Source: an uncultured delta proteobacterium | GTDB lineage: Bacteria; Desulfobacterota; Syntrophia; Syntrophales; UBA2185 | Assembly (NCBI GenBank): GCA_963729715.1 | Contig: CAVSPA010000003.1 | Span: 32,001 to 96,000, forward strand | DNA: 64,000 bases | Direction: 5' to 3' | Shown here: positions 9,579 through 18,864 of the stretch, piece after piece | How the letters are laid out: each line of letters opens with the position of its first letter | Position numbering within the stretch: position 1 is the stretch's first letter | Made by a program: the position numbers and the translations under genes | The notes under the pieces: generated by a model | What the model was told of the DNA's origin: nothing | The model's database searches: none | Seen by the model: only the letters and a program-made list of their open reading frames with translations

Positions 9579-9673
9579 ACTTCCCATGAGAAAATCAATT
9601 CTAACCTCAACCATTGTTCTGTTTCTCAGTACACTGCTTGAGGGCTCTTGTGATCCCCAAAAGGAGGAGAGTC

Positions 9674-10438
9674 ATGGACGCTGAATTTAAGGAAAGATTT
9701 TTACAAAACTGGAACAGATATTTTCCCGGTGCTGAATTACCTATCGGGTTTTATTATTCCGATACGGCCGAACTGAAATTTATGGCCAAACCACCCAAAG
9801 GACACCGTTGCATTATTGGAGATTTAGCGAAAGTCAGGAACGGGAAAACCCTATGCTTTGACACCCATACGATTGGTTGCGGCGGCGGTAAACGATACCT
9901 TGGATTCGAGAGCAAACAAGCACCCAATTTTGAATATTTTCTATCTTATGGAATTCCCGGCAAACTGGAAGGAGAAAGGTATAAGAAATCACCGGAACTT
10001 GTCAAAGAACATATGAACTACCAGAAGCCGTCAAAAGCACCCGGAGACTATATTATCTTCAAAAGATGGGATCAGATGGAGGATAGGGATAAGCCTTTGG
10101 TGGTTATTTTCTTTGCCCCACCTGATGTCCTTTCCGGTCTTTTTACGCTGGCTAATTATGATGAACCGCAGCCCAACGGCGTCATTGCCCCTTTTGGTGC
10201 TGGATGTGCATCTATTGTTGATTATCCCTATAAAGAACTTGAATCTTCTGAGCCACGTGCCGTGTTAGGCATGTTTGATGTTTCAGCACGCCCCTGCGTT
10301 TCATCCAATGTACTGAGCTTTGCTGTTCCCTGGCCGAAATATGTCCGCATGGTGGATAACATGAAAGAGAGCTTCCTCATCACCAAATCGTGGGATAAAG
10401 TAAGAATGAGAATGAAAAGAGACAAGGAATGCTCTTAA
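9674..10438 (+). CDS. DUF169 family protein
   Basis: SD AGGAGG; IGCGGGKRYLGF, GERYKKSPE, APFGAGCASIV, GMFDVSARP. Confidence 0.8.
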   Translation: MDAEFKERFLQNWNRYFPGAELPIGFYYSDTAELKFMAKPPKGHRCIIGDLAKVRNGKTLCFDTHTIGCGGGKRYLGFESKQAPNFEYFLSYGIPGKLEGERYKKSPELVKEHMNYQKPSKAPGDYIIFKRWDQMEDRDKPLVVIFFAPPDVLSGLFTLANYDEPQPNGVIAPFGAGCASIVDYPYKELESSEPRAVLGMFDVSARPCVSSNVLSFAVPWPKYVRMVDNMKESFLITKSWDKVRMRMKRDKECS

Positions 10439-10496
10439 TCATCAATCTCTATAATAAATGATCGAAATAAATTGTTCCGAGATAAGGCGGTAAACA

Positions 10497-10673
10497 ATGG
10501 CCGAAAAATTTGATCCCCAAGAGCTTGTGAGTTTTAGAGAGATGCTTATGACCGAAGTCATCACATCTGAAGCCATCATCAATCTTCTGGATAAAAAAGG
10601 CAGCATTAGCAAGCTGGAACTTATGAAAGAGATGAAACGTGTTCAGGCATCCATGACTAAGGGTGAAAAGTGA
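10497..10673 (+). CDS. Small hypothetical protein (58 aa, absent from ORF track), paralog of 22212..22433
   Basis: MAEKFDPQELVSFREMLMTEVITSEAIINLLDKKGSISKLELMKEMKRVQASMTKGEK aligns with ELLMSEVIQSEVLINILDKKGIVSKRELLEEIRKVQAAM. Confidence 0.75.
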   Translation: MAEKFDPQELVSFREMLMTEVITSEAIINLLDKKGSISKLELMKEMKRVQASMTKGEK

Positions 10674-10706
10674 TTAAACCACCTGGAGAGTTAAAAGTCA
10701 CATTTC

Positions 10707-10904
10707 AGTAAACTACCACCGACCTTGTCGGTGGCCTTTAAAATGCGGCAAGCCTACGGACAATGTCCTTCGCCTTGCCTGATAAGGGTTGAAACGGCTA
10801 TTCTAAAATATTGTTCACCAACATTGTTGGTTCACTGAAGGTGTGGGGCCTCCGCCCCCACGCCCCACCACTGACATTGTCAGTGGTTTTGACAGATAAA
10901 TAAA
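10707..10904. mobile_element. Non-autonomous IS200/IS605-like palindrome-associated element, copy 1 (198 bp)
   Basis: Terminal hairpins CCACCGAC-ctt-GTCGGTGG and CCACTGAC-att-GTCAGTGG; about 4 differences from the inverted copy at 60324-60521. Confidence 0.75.
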
Positions 10905-10914
10905 GGAGAGAAAT

Positions 10915-11205
10915 ATGGCAGACAAACCCGATCCGAAGCAACCCGCACAGATTCAGATTAATACCGTTGATGAAATATCGAGAGGCAGATACAGAAATTT
11001 GATGCTGGTATCACATAGCCCGGAAGAGTTCATGCTTGACTGGCTCTTAAACTCACCCAATGGCACTCACTTGGTTTCAAGAATAATATTAAGTCCGGGC
11101 AATGTGAAGAGAGCGATCGAAGCCCTAACGATAAACCTGAAACAGTATGAAGATAAATTCGGGACTGTGAAACTAATTGATCCGGGAGAGCAGAAGGTTC
11201 ATTAA
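10915..11205 (+). CDS. DUF3467 family protein
   Basis: GRYRNLMLVSHSPEEFMLDW, SRIILSPGNVKR, YEDKFG. Confidence 0.8.
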   Translation: MADKPDPKQPAQIQINTVDEISRGRYRNLMLVSHSPEEFMLDWLLNSPNGTHLVSRIILSPGNVKRAIEALTINLKQYEDKFGTVKLIDPGEQKVH

Positions 11206-11559
11206 CGTAATATGAGAAAGAATTGCAAAGAATGAAATCCTGTCTTAACCAGAAAGGAACGGGAGAATCGACTGCAGAGAAAAATGAAAGAGAAATGTAA
11301 ATTGTTGAGATAATCGGATCAATAGTTTGCCGCTCCATACCCCGGCGCACGCGTTATTTGTTTGTTACGGGCCGACTCCTCGCACGATCATATCTCTTCC
11401 TTATGCCCTTATGTGCCCTGAACCATACTTGAGTTTACAGCCATTGTCATATCGAGTCGTGATTATTGACTTCACCTACCTATACGTAACATAATCTGAT
11501 TTCGCTATTGATATTAATGTGTTAAGTTGTGTTTAAGATCTCATAGTTTTGTTCTTTCG

Positions 11560-12453
11560 TCAAGGATTATCTGGGTTGCAAGCCGTTCGTTGCATGATCA
11601 CCTCCATGGCTTTAAAGTAATCTCTCTGTACTTTGATGTTTGATACACGGCAGTATCGTTGTGTCGTTCTGATTGAGTTGTGTCCCAGGAGATCCTGGAT
11701 GGTGGAGAGATCAGTGTCGGCGTTCAACATCTGTGTGGCCATCGTGTGCCGTAAATGATGACAGGATATTTTTAAACCCGTCCTGCGGGCATAATATTCC
11801 ATACGCTTCTGGATACCGCGAATGGAGATGGGCTGCCCGGTGAGAGGCCCTTTCTCTACCAGAAAAACTTTTTTTACTTTATTGGCCGGTCTCACCCTTA
11901 TGTATTCCAGGAGTACACGGAGGGCGTCGTTGCTGATATAGACGATCCGGTCCTTGGCGCCCTTGCCATCCTGAATGAGTAACGTTCTGCGTTTAATATC
12001 TATGCTGCCGAGAGAAAGATGGGCAACTTCTTCCACCCGTAATCCGCACCGCAGCATGAGCATGAACATGGCGTGATCCCGGCGCCCCTTCAGGTTTTGA
12101 AAGAGAACCTCTATCTGTTCTTCCTTCAGGTGCCTGGGAAGTGAACGGGGGAGCTTCATGATATTCGGCTTTCTCACGGGATTGATAACATGGATTCCTT
12201 CCTCCTCAGATAGATAGTGGTAAAACTGGCAGACAGTGTTCAGGTAGCAGTTGATCGTCTTCGGCCTTAACCTCCTGCCGAGCAGGTAGTCAGTATACTC
12301 CCCGATTTTCCTGTAAGTGACGTCTTCTATAGGCACGTCAAGCCAGAGAACAAAGTGTCTCAGACCGTGTAAATAGCTCTTAATGGAATTAGGCGAGACG
12401 TTCCTCCTCTTCAGGAATCGTCTGTACCTGATGATCGAATCGGTAACGGTCAT
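11560..12453 (-). CDS. Tyrosine recombinase (XerC/D-like) B
   Basis: CGLRVEE, GKGAKDR, HHLRHT, LLGH, TQRY. Confidence 0.95.
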   Translation of the reverse strand: MTVTDSIIRYRRFLKRRNVSPNSIKSYLHGLRHFVLWLDVPIEDVTYRKIGEYTDYLLGRRLRPKTINCYLNTVCQFYHYLSEEEGIHVINPVRKPNIMKLPRSLPRHLKEEQIEVLFQNLKGRRDHAMFMLMLRCGLRVEEVAHLSLGSIDIKRRTLLIQDGKGAKDRIVYISNDALRVLLEYIRVRPANKVKKVFLVEKGPLTGQPISIRGIQKRMEYYARRTGLKISCHHLRHTMATQMLNADTDLSTIQDLLGHNSIRTTQRYCRVSNIKVQRDYFKAMEVIMQRTACNPDNP

Positions 12454-13544
12454 CTGCCTTCCCCCCTTTCTATGATCGACATGGCCCTGAAGTATTCTTC
12501 CTCTCTTGTCTTGTCGGTGAGCCTTGCATAGCGCCGCGTCACGTCCAGGGAACTGTGTCCCATCAGCGGCTGAAGATGTTCGATACGCATGCCGGCGTTT
12601 AACAGCTCGCTGGCAAAGGTGTGACGAAGTGCATGCAGGGAATACCCCTTATGAGTGAGACCGGCTTTCGTGAGACACCGTTCAAAGATAAGGTAGGCCG
12701 TGCTGTAGGACATGCTCTTCGTGCCCGTGGCGTAAAAGAGAAACTCCTTTTGAGGGTCTCTCATTTTGAGCCATGCCTTCAAAGCGCTCAGCGCATCATC
12801 GCTTAAATACACAACCCGCCCCAGCCGGTTCTTCTCGCCTTCATAAATATCAATCTTGCGGTCCCTCAGGTGGAGATCATGTATCTTTGTATTGAGCAGT
12901 TCGCCGATCCTCATCCCCGTCCGTAAAAGAACCATAATCATGGCACGGTCTTTCGGATTGTCGATAACGGAAAGTAGTTGCTTAACATCGTCGGGGTCCA
13001 TGGCTCTCGGTAATGTCTCGGGCTTTTTCAGACGAATCCGTCTCGCCAGAACAGCCGCACCGACAACCCCGGCGTCCATCGCATAGCCCAAAAAGGCGTT
13101 GACGCAGTGCAGTCTCGTACGCACCGTCGAGATCTTCATGCCCCGGTCCTGCTCATGTTCGATGAACGCTTCAATGTCATTCTTGCTGATCTCCTCCAAA
13201 CGTGTCTTCCCCGCAGCCCTGACGCCTTTCAGAAAGTCGTGAATGGCATTAAGGGCACTCTCATATGTCCTCGGCCGGAAGTTCCGCCGGTACATGCCCC
13301 GGATATACTCCTCAACATGCCCTTTGCCTGGCAGTTCCCAGCCTGCGAGGCGATCCAATGCCCGGCGAAGGGCTTTCGCCTCCTGCGTGTATTCAGGATA
13401 AAATACCTTCCCTGATTTTCCTCTATAGATCTCGGGTAAAATAACGGGGGGGAGAAACCCTGCATCCAGATCGCTGCTTCCAAAATCTGCCAGGGGTTCT
13501 TTCTCTGATGTGATACTGCAATTTTCTGTGGTCATCTGGTCCAT
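12450..13544 (-). CDS. Tyrosine recombinase A with N-terminal extension
   Basis: TGMRIGE, GEKNR, HALRHT, LMGH, TRRY; ATGA overlap with the next gene. Confidence 0.95.
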   Translation of the reverse strand: MDQMTTENCSITSEKEPLADFGSSDLDAGFLPPVILPEIYRGKSGKVFYPEYTQEAKALRRALDRLAGWELPGKGHVEEYIRGMYRRNFRPRTYESALNAIHDFLKGVRAAGKTRLEEISKNDIEAFIEHEQDRGMKISTVRTRLHCVNAFLGYAMDAGVVGAAVLARRIRLKKPETLPRAMDPDDVKQLLSVIDNPKDRAMIMVLLRTGMRIGELLNTKIHDLHLRDRKIDIYEGEKNRLGRVVYLSDDALSALKAWLKMRDPQKEFLFYATGTKSMSYSTAYLIFERCLTKAGLTHKGYSLHALRHTFASELLNAGMRIEHLQPLMGHSSLDVTRRYARLTDKTREEEYFRAMSIIERGEGR

Positions 13545-13700
13545 CGCTATCTCCTTTCCTTTAATTCAATAGGAAATACAGATAGATGATGACCATCAGA
13601 ACATTAACTGTCAATCATCATTTTGTTACGTATAGCATCCTCAAGTCCTCAATTCATGTAATGGGATTATACCGATGATTACGACTTGAAATGCTCAAAC

Positions 13701-13739
13701 AAAAAAAGGCAAAGCCAATTTGACTATGCCTTTTGTTTT
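13701..13739. terminator. Bidirectional intrinsic terminator
   Basis: AAAAAAAGGCA-aagccaatttgacta-TGCCTTTTGTTTT. Confidence 0.55.
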
Positions 13740-13802
13740 AAAGATTTTGAACGGCGCCGTTCCCCTGAGACACAGCCGAGGTCGCATCTACGCGGTGTCG
13801 GT

Positions 13803-15053
13803 TTATTCGTAGATGATCTCGTCGTCGGCGTCCGCTTCCTTGGCGTCGCGTTCGAACTCCCGGGCAAGGCGCGCGGCTTTCGTCTTGAAGAATTCCCTAT
13901 ACCACTCATGGGCGGTGATCACGGACATAACCTCGCTGGTGCCAGTCCAGATCGACGCCAGCCGCACATCGCGGGAGATGCGTTCGATGGGGAAGACATT
14001 GGTATAACCGATGCCACCCATAACCTGCATGGCGTTGTGAACCACCTTTTGGCACGATTCTGTGATGAATTTTTTCGATTCCGAAACCATCCTGCGGACT
14101 CGGTTCATCTCGACGCCTGAGTCCACGGCCCGGGCCGTGACATAGGCCATGGAGCGGGCGGCGTCGAGCAGCATGACCGCTTCGGCGATCTGGAAACTTA
14201 CCCCCTCGAACTGGGCGATGACCTGCCCGAAGGCCTTCCGGCGCGACGTATAGTTCGTCGCGATGTCCAGAGCCGGACGGGCCGCCCCGATGGTCATGGA
14301 CGCCGCACCGAGGCGTTCCGGGATCATCATCGTGTTGAAGACGTCATAGGCGCCGTTGATCTTGCCAATGACGTTTTCCTTGGGGACCTTCGCATCCTTG
14401 AAGACTAAGCGAGCCGTGCCGCCGCCGCGGCAGCCCATGAGACCGTAGAGATACTTAGTCTCGACGCCGGGGCCACGGTCAACGATCAGGGCGGTCAGGC
14501 TGTCCTGGGATTTGGCGGCAGGATCGAAATTGGTCCGCGCATAGAGCATGAAATAATCGGCCCCTTCGCCGCCGACGATGAAACGTTTCTGGCCGTTGAC
14601 GAGAAAATGATCCCCCCGGTCCTCGGCCTTGGTCGCAGCGCCGAAGAAATCCGAGCCGCCGCGCGGTTCCGTCAGGCATTCAGCGGCGAAGAGTTCCCCC
14701 CGCAGGAGGGGTTTGACGTATTTTTCTTTCTGACCCTCCGTACCGTGGAGGATGATGGCGTCGCAGACCAGCTCGGCGCCGACGCCGAAGACGCAGGCAA
14801 ATTCGTATCCCAAGGTGCCGATCTCCTCCATGAGCATGCACGTCGTCACCCAGTCCATATCTCGGCCACCCCATTGTTTCGGGTAGCGGCAACCCAGGAG
14901 GTTGCGCCGGCCCGCTTCGGCGAGGAACTCTTTTGGAAACTTGATCGTGTCCGTGTCCATATCCAAGATCATCTGCCGCGGCACCCACTTCACGAGCTCC
15001 CGGGCCTCGTCCCTGATCTTCAATTGTTCTTTCGTCAGCATGTAGTCAAACAT
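13803..15053 (-). CDS. Acyl-CoA dehydrogenase
   Basis: CLTEPRGGSD, NGQKRFI, RKAFG, QVMGGIGY, RDVRLASIWTGTSEV. Confidence 0.95.
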   Translation of the reverse strand: MFDYMLTKEQLKIRDEARELVKWVPRQMILDMDTDTIKFPKEFLAEAGRRNLLGCRYPKQWGGRDMDWVTTCMLMEEIGTLGYEFACVFGVGAELVCDAIILHGTEGQKEKYVKPLLRGELFAAECLTEPRGGSDFFGAATKAEDRGDHFLVNGQKRFIVGGEGADYFMLYARTNFDPAAKSQDSLTALIVDRGPGVETKYLYGLMGCRGGGTARLVFKDAKVPKENVIGKINGAYDVFNTMMIPERLGAASMTIGAARPALDIATNYTSRRKAFGQVIAQFEGVSFQIAEAVMLLDAARSMAYVTARAVDSGVEMNRVRRMVSESKKFITESCQKVVHNAMQVMGGIGYTNVFPIERISRDVRLASIWTGTSEVMSVITAHEWYREFFKTKAARLAREFERDAKEADADDEIIYE

Positions 15054-15495
15054 AACGAACTCCTTTTCAGTGGTTGTTGTTTTTAAGTCACCTTATCCCC
15101 AAAAGAATTATTATATGGAAGCCGTTTCTATTTATATCCAATTGTAACATAAAACAAAAGGGTAAAATAGAAAGATCAAGACTTCAACAAGGAAGGACTG
15201 TGTGTTTTTCTTTTAGACTTACCAGGGCAAACCTTTTTGTTGGCTTCACAAAGTGTGTTACTTACCTTATGGGTGATAGCAAGGCTTACCGCTCGTAATC
15301 TCCCAGCCATAGTATATTCTATATCCCCTAAAAATAACTTGACAATCTACCAGCTAATCTTTAAGCATAAAATTACATAGATATTTTCCGCCACTTGATT
15401 GACGACCAGAGGCATCTGCACAGGTAGTTCCGAGCTATAATGGTATATCCTCTCTGAGGCACGAACGGCACCACTTTCAAAAAAGGTCATCAGAG

Positions 15496-18400
15496 ATGCA
15501 ATGTCCCAAATGCCAATTTGAAAATTCTGCTTCTGCTCGGTTCTGTGTCGAGTGCGGTGGCAAGCTGGAAATCGTATGCGCGAATTGCGGCACGAATAAT
15601 TATCCGAGTCACAAGTTCTGCAGCGACTGCGGGCTCGTATTAGTCACCATCTCGGGTCCTTCCTCTAAAGATTTGTCCTTCGATGAGAAACTCCAGAAAA
15701 TCCAGAAGTACCTCCCCAAAGGCATTACAGATAAGATCCTCTCCCAGCGTGACAAGATAGAAGGTGAACGAAAACAAGTAACTGTCATGTTCTGCGACAT
15801 GAAAGGCTTTACTCCCCTTGCTGATAAACTCGGTCCTGAAGAGCTGTATGGCATGATGGATCAGGTCTACGAGATCCTCATCAAAAAAGTTCATGACTAC
15901 GAAGGGACGGTCAACGAGATGACCGGTGACGGGGTTATGGCCTTATTTGGAGCCCCTATAGCACTTGAGGATGCCCCACAGCGAGCCATAAGATCTGCCA
16001 TGGCAATCCACCGGGAGATGACAAGGTTCAATGAGAAGGTAAGACAGGAAAAGGGAGATATACCACACCTCAAGATGAGAGTTGGTATCCATACGGGCCC
16101 TGTAGTGGTAGGTACCCTTGGAAACGACTTGAGAGTAGAGTTCAAGGCAGTCGGGGATACCGTCAATCTGGCCTCCCGTATGGAATCCCTTGCCGAACCC
16201 GGAACAACCTATGTTTCTGATGATACCTTCAAGCTTACCGAAGGCCTGTTCCGTTTTGAGGCCTTGGGAGAAAAAGATATCAGGGGAAAGAGGAAGCCCC
16301 TTAAAGTCTACCAGGTCATCGCCCCCAGCAGCAGAAGAACCAGATTCGACGTGAGTGCGGAAAGGGGTCTGACGCCATTTGTGGGAAGGGAAAGAGAACT
16401 GGAGCTCCTGTTAGATGGCTTTGAACGATCCAAGGAAGGCAGAGGCCAGGCTATCTCCATCATATCCGATGCAGGCATCGGTAAATCAAGACTCCTCTAT
16501 GAGTTCCGAAAGGCCGTGACCAATGAATGTGTAACCTTCCTTGAAGGGAGATGCCTATCCTACAGCCGCAATGTGGCCTACCATCCTGTAGTCGATGTAT
16601 TGAAGGCAAACTTCGATATTCAGGATAACGATACTGACCAGGAGATAAGAGAAAAGGTCACGAGATTATTAAAAGCTATCCGTGTAGATGAAGCCTCAAC
16701 ACTCCCCTATCTATTAGAGCTTCTTTCTGTGAAAGAGAGCGGTATTGACAAGATCCCCATGAGTCCCGAAGCCATAAGGGACAGAACATTAGAAGCACTC
16801 AAAAGAATCGTCCTCAAGGGATCGGAAATCCGACCTCTCATAATGGCAATAGAAGACCTCCATTGGCTGGATAGGAGTTCCGAGGATACCTTCAAATATC
16901 TGCTGGAAAGCATCTCAGCAGCGGGAGTATTGCTCATCTTCACCTACAGACCTGAGTTTATCCATACCTGGGGGAGCCGCTCCTATCATAGCCAGGTCAC
17001 GCTAAACAAACTCTCCAACCGCGAATCCCTCGCTATGGCAAACTGCATACTTGGCACCCCTAATATTGACAGAGAACTGGAAGAGCTGATCCTGCAAAAG
17101 ACAGAGGGTATCCCTTTCTTCCTTGAGGAGTTCATAAAGTCCCTGAAAGATCTCAAGGTCATCGAGAGAAAGAACAATACATATCAGTTGTCAAAGAACG
17201 TCCAGAAGCTCACTATCCCTTCCACGATCCAGGATGTGATCATGGCACGGGTGGACAACCTTCCCGAGGGAGCAAGGGAAGTCCTGAGAACAGGTTCTGT
17301 CATCGAGAGAGAGTTCAGCTATGATCTCATCCAGAAGATAACAGGCCTTCCCGAAAAAGAGCTGCTCTCCGACCTCTCTATATTGAAAGATTCCGAACTC
17401 GTCTTTGAAAGAGGCATCTACCCGGATTCTGCCTGCATCTTTAAGCACGCTCTCACAAGAGAGGTGGTCTACGATTCCATTTTGACAAAGAAGAAAAGAC
17501 AGCTCCACGAAAAGATCGCCCGAACAATGGAAGACATCTATAAAGAAGATATCTGTTACCACTATGGTGTTCTGGCCGATCATTGCATTGCGAGTGAGAA
17601 TTACGAGAAGGGGGCGGAGTATGCGAGGTTGGAAGCAAAGAGATTCCAGAAGGCTGCTTCATTCAGAGATGCCATTGAGTATGCGAAGAAGAGCGTGCAG
17701 AGCTGGGAAAAGCTGCCCCAGACGGAAGCAATACAGAAAAAAATCATTGATGCAAGGATAACGCTTGCGAATTATTATTTAAATATGAATTTCCATTCTC
17801 ATGCAAGAGAGGCCGTTGAACCTATTCTTGATTTGGCTTTGACGTTAAATTATCGAAAAAGACTTCCTGCAATATACACATCAATCGGGCTTTATTATCT
17901 CTGGGTTGAAGAGGACAGACATAAAGGACTTACATTTATTGACAAGGCAACTACAATTGCAGAAGAGGTTGAAGACTATCTTTCATGGTGGGCTGCACTC
18001 TATCAATCAGGTACTTTCCTGCCCTTCATTTCGGAATTCAAAGATGCCCACAAACGTCTTAAACGATGTCTAGATTTTAGCCTATCGGCAAACCATAAAA
18101 TGGGAATAGCATTTTCCAAAATTTCTATTTCTGTGTGCTATCAGGTTGAGGGAAAGACGAATCCTGCTCATCAATTTGCTCAGGAAACATTGGAACTAGC
18201 AAAAGAAACAGGCGATGCCTTTATCAAAGGAATGGCATACGCTAATTATGGTACGTCTTGTTATTACAAAGGATTATTTGATGAGGCAAAAACCCATTTT
18301 TCAGAATTTACTTCTTCATATGAAAAGTCGGCCCCCATTTCTTGGATTGTATGGGCTTATGCAAGCTTGGGATTATTGCATATTGATTTGGGAGAATATG

Positions 18401-18864
18401 ACGATGCAGTGAGCTGTTATAAAAAAATAATTTCAATCATGGAAGACGTCAGTTTTATGCCTTCCATAATTAAACATTATCAATTATGCTTGGTAAGAGC
18501 TAAAGTGTTAAGACATCATAGTGATATAGAATTAAATGAATTATTTGGATTCCATCAAAATAATAAATTCAAGTTTTGTGAAGGCTGGATGGCCCGTAAT
18601 ATAGGAGATGTCCTGTTAAATATGGACGATAATCACTTTTCTGATGCAGCGGTCTGGTTTCAGAAGGCAATCGAAGCAGACACGAGAAACGGAGTGAGGT
18701 GGCAGTTAGCGAGTGATCATGCCTCTTATGCCGACTGGTTCAGGAGGAAAGGTGACAGGCTTAAGGCTAGGGAAAATTTCCAGAAGGCCATTAACATCTT
18801 CGAAGAAGGAGGTGCCGATGGTTGGGTGAATCGAATTCAGAAGTCCCTGGCGGAACTTGCCTGA
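15496..18864 (+). CDS. Class III adenylate/guanylate cyclase with double zinc ribbon, AAA/STAND ATPase and TPR-like C-terminus
   Basis: Four CxxC; VMFCDMKGFT, TGDGVMALFG, GDTVNLASR; DAGIGKS, IEDLHW, GIPFF. Confidence 0.92.
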   Translation: MQCPKCQFENSASARFCVECGGKLEIVCANCGTNNYPSHKFCSDCGLVLVTISGPSSKDLSFDEKLQKIQKYLPKGITDKILSQRDKIEGERKQVTVMFCDMKGFTPLADKLGPEELYGMMDQVYEILIKKVHDYEGTVNEMTGDGVMALFGAPIALEDAPQRAIRSAMAIHREMTRFNEKVRQEKGDIPHLKMRVGIHTGPVVVGTLGNDLRVEFKAVGDTVNLASRMESLAEPGTTYVSDDTFKLTEGLFRFEALGEKDIRGKRKPLKVYQVIAPSSRRTRFDVSAERGLTPFVGRERELELLLDGFERSKEGRGQAISIISDAGIGKSRLLYEFRKAVTNECVTFLEGRCLSYSRNVAYHPVVDVLKANFDIQDNDTDQEIREKVTRLLKAIRVDEASTLPYLLELLSVKESGIDKIPMSPEAIRDRTLEALKRIVLKGSEIRPLIMAIEDLHWLDRSSEDTFKYLLESISAAGVLLIFTYRPEFIHTWGSRSYHSQVTLNKLSNRESLAMANCILGTPNIDRELEELILQKTEGIPFFLEEFIKSLKDLKVIERKNNTYQLSKNVQKLTIPSTIQDVIMARVDNLPEGAREVLRTGSVIEREFSYDLIQKITGLPEKELLSDLSILKDSELVFERGIYPDSACIFKHALTREVVYDSILTKKKRQLHEKIARTMEDIYKEDICYHYGVLADHCIASENYEKGAEYARLEAKRFQKAASFRDAIEYAKKSVQSWEKLPQTEAIQKKIIDARITLANYYLNMNFHSHAREAVEPILDLALTLNYRKRLPAIYTSIGLYYLWVEEDRHKGLTFIDKATTIAEEVEDYLSWWAALYQSGTFLPFISEFKDAHKRLKRCLDFSLSANHKMGIAFSKISISVCYQVEGKTNPAHQFAQETLELAKETGDAFIKGMAYANYGTSCYYKGLFDEAKTHFSEFTSSYEKSAPISWIVWAYASLGLLHIDLGEYDDAVSCYKKIISIMEDVSFMPSIIKHYQLCLVRAKVLRHHSDIELNELFGFHQNNKFKFCEGWMARNIGDVLLNMDDNHFSDAAVWFQKAIEADTRNGVRWQLASDHASYADWFRRKGDRLKARENFQKAINIFEEGGADGWVNRIQKSLAELA

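Larger units (their letters stand above)
11480..13635 (-). mobile_element. Two-tyrosine-recombinase element with terminal inverted repeats
   Basis: IR CTATACGTAACAtAAT / ATTtTGTTACGTATAG (15/16); inner shared box ATTGA(c)A(g)TTAATGT; only the two recombinase genes inside. Confidence 0.75.

Noticed and set aside
15224..15300. GGGCAAACC suggested a c-di-GMP riboswitch
   Set aside because: No GAAA tetraloop stem or GCAAA second motif
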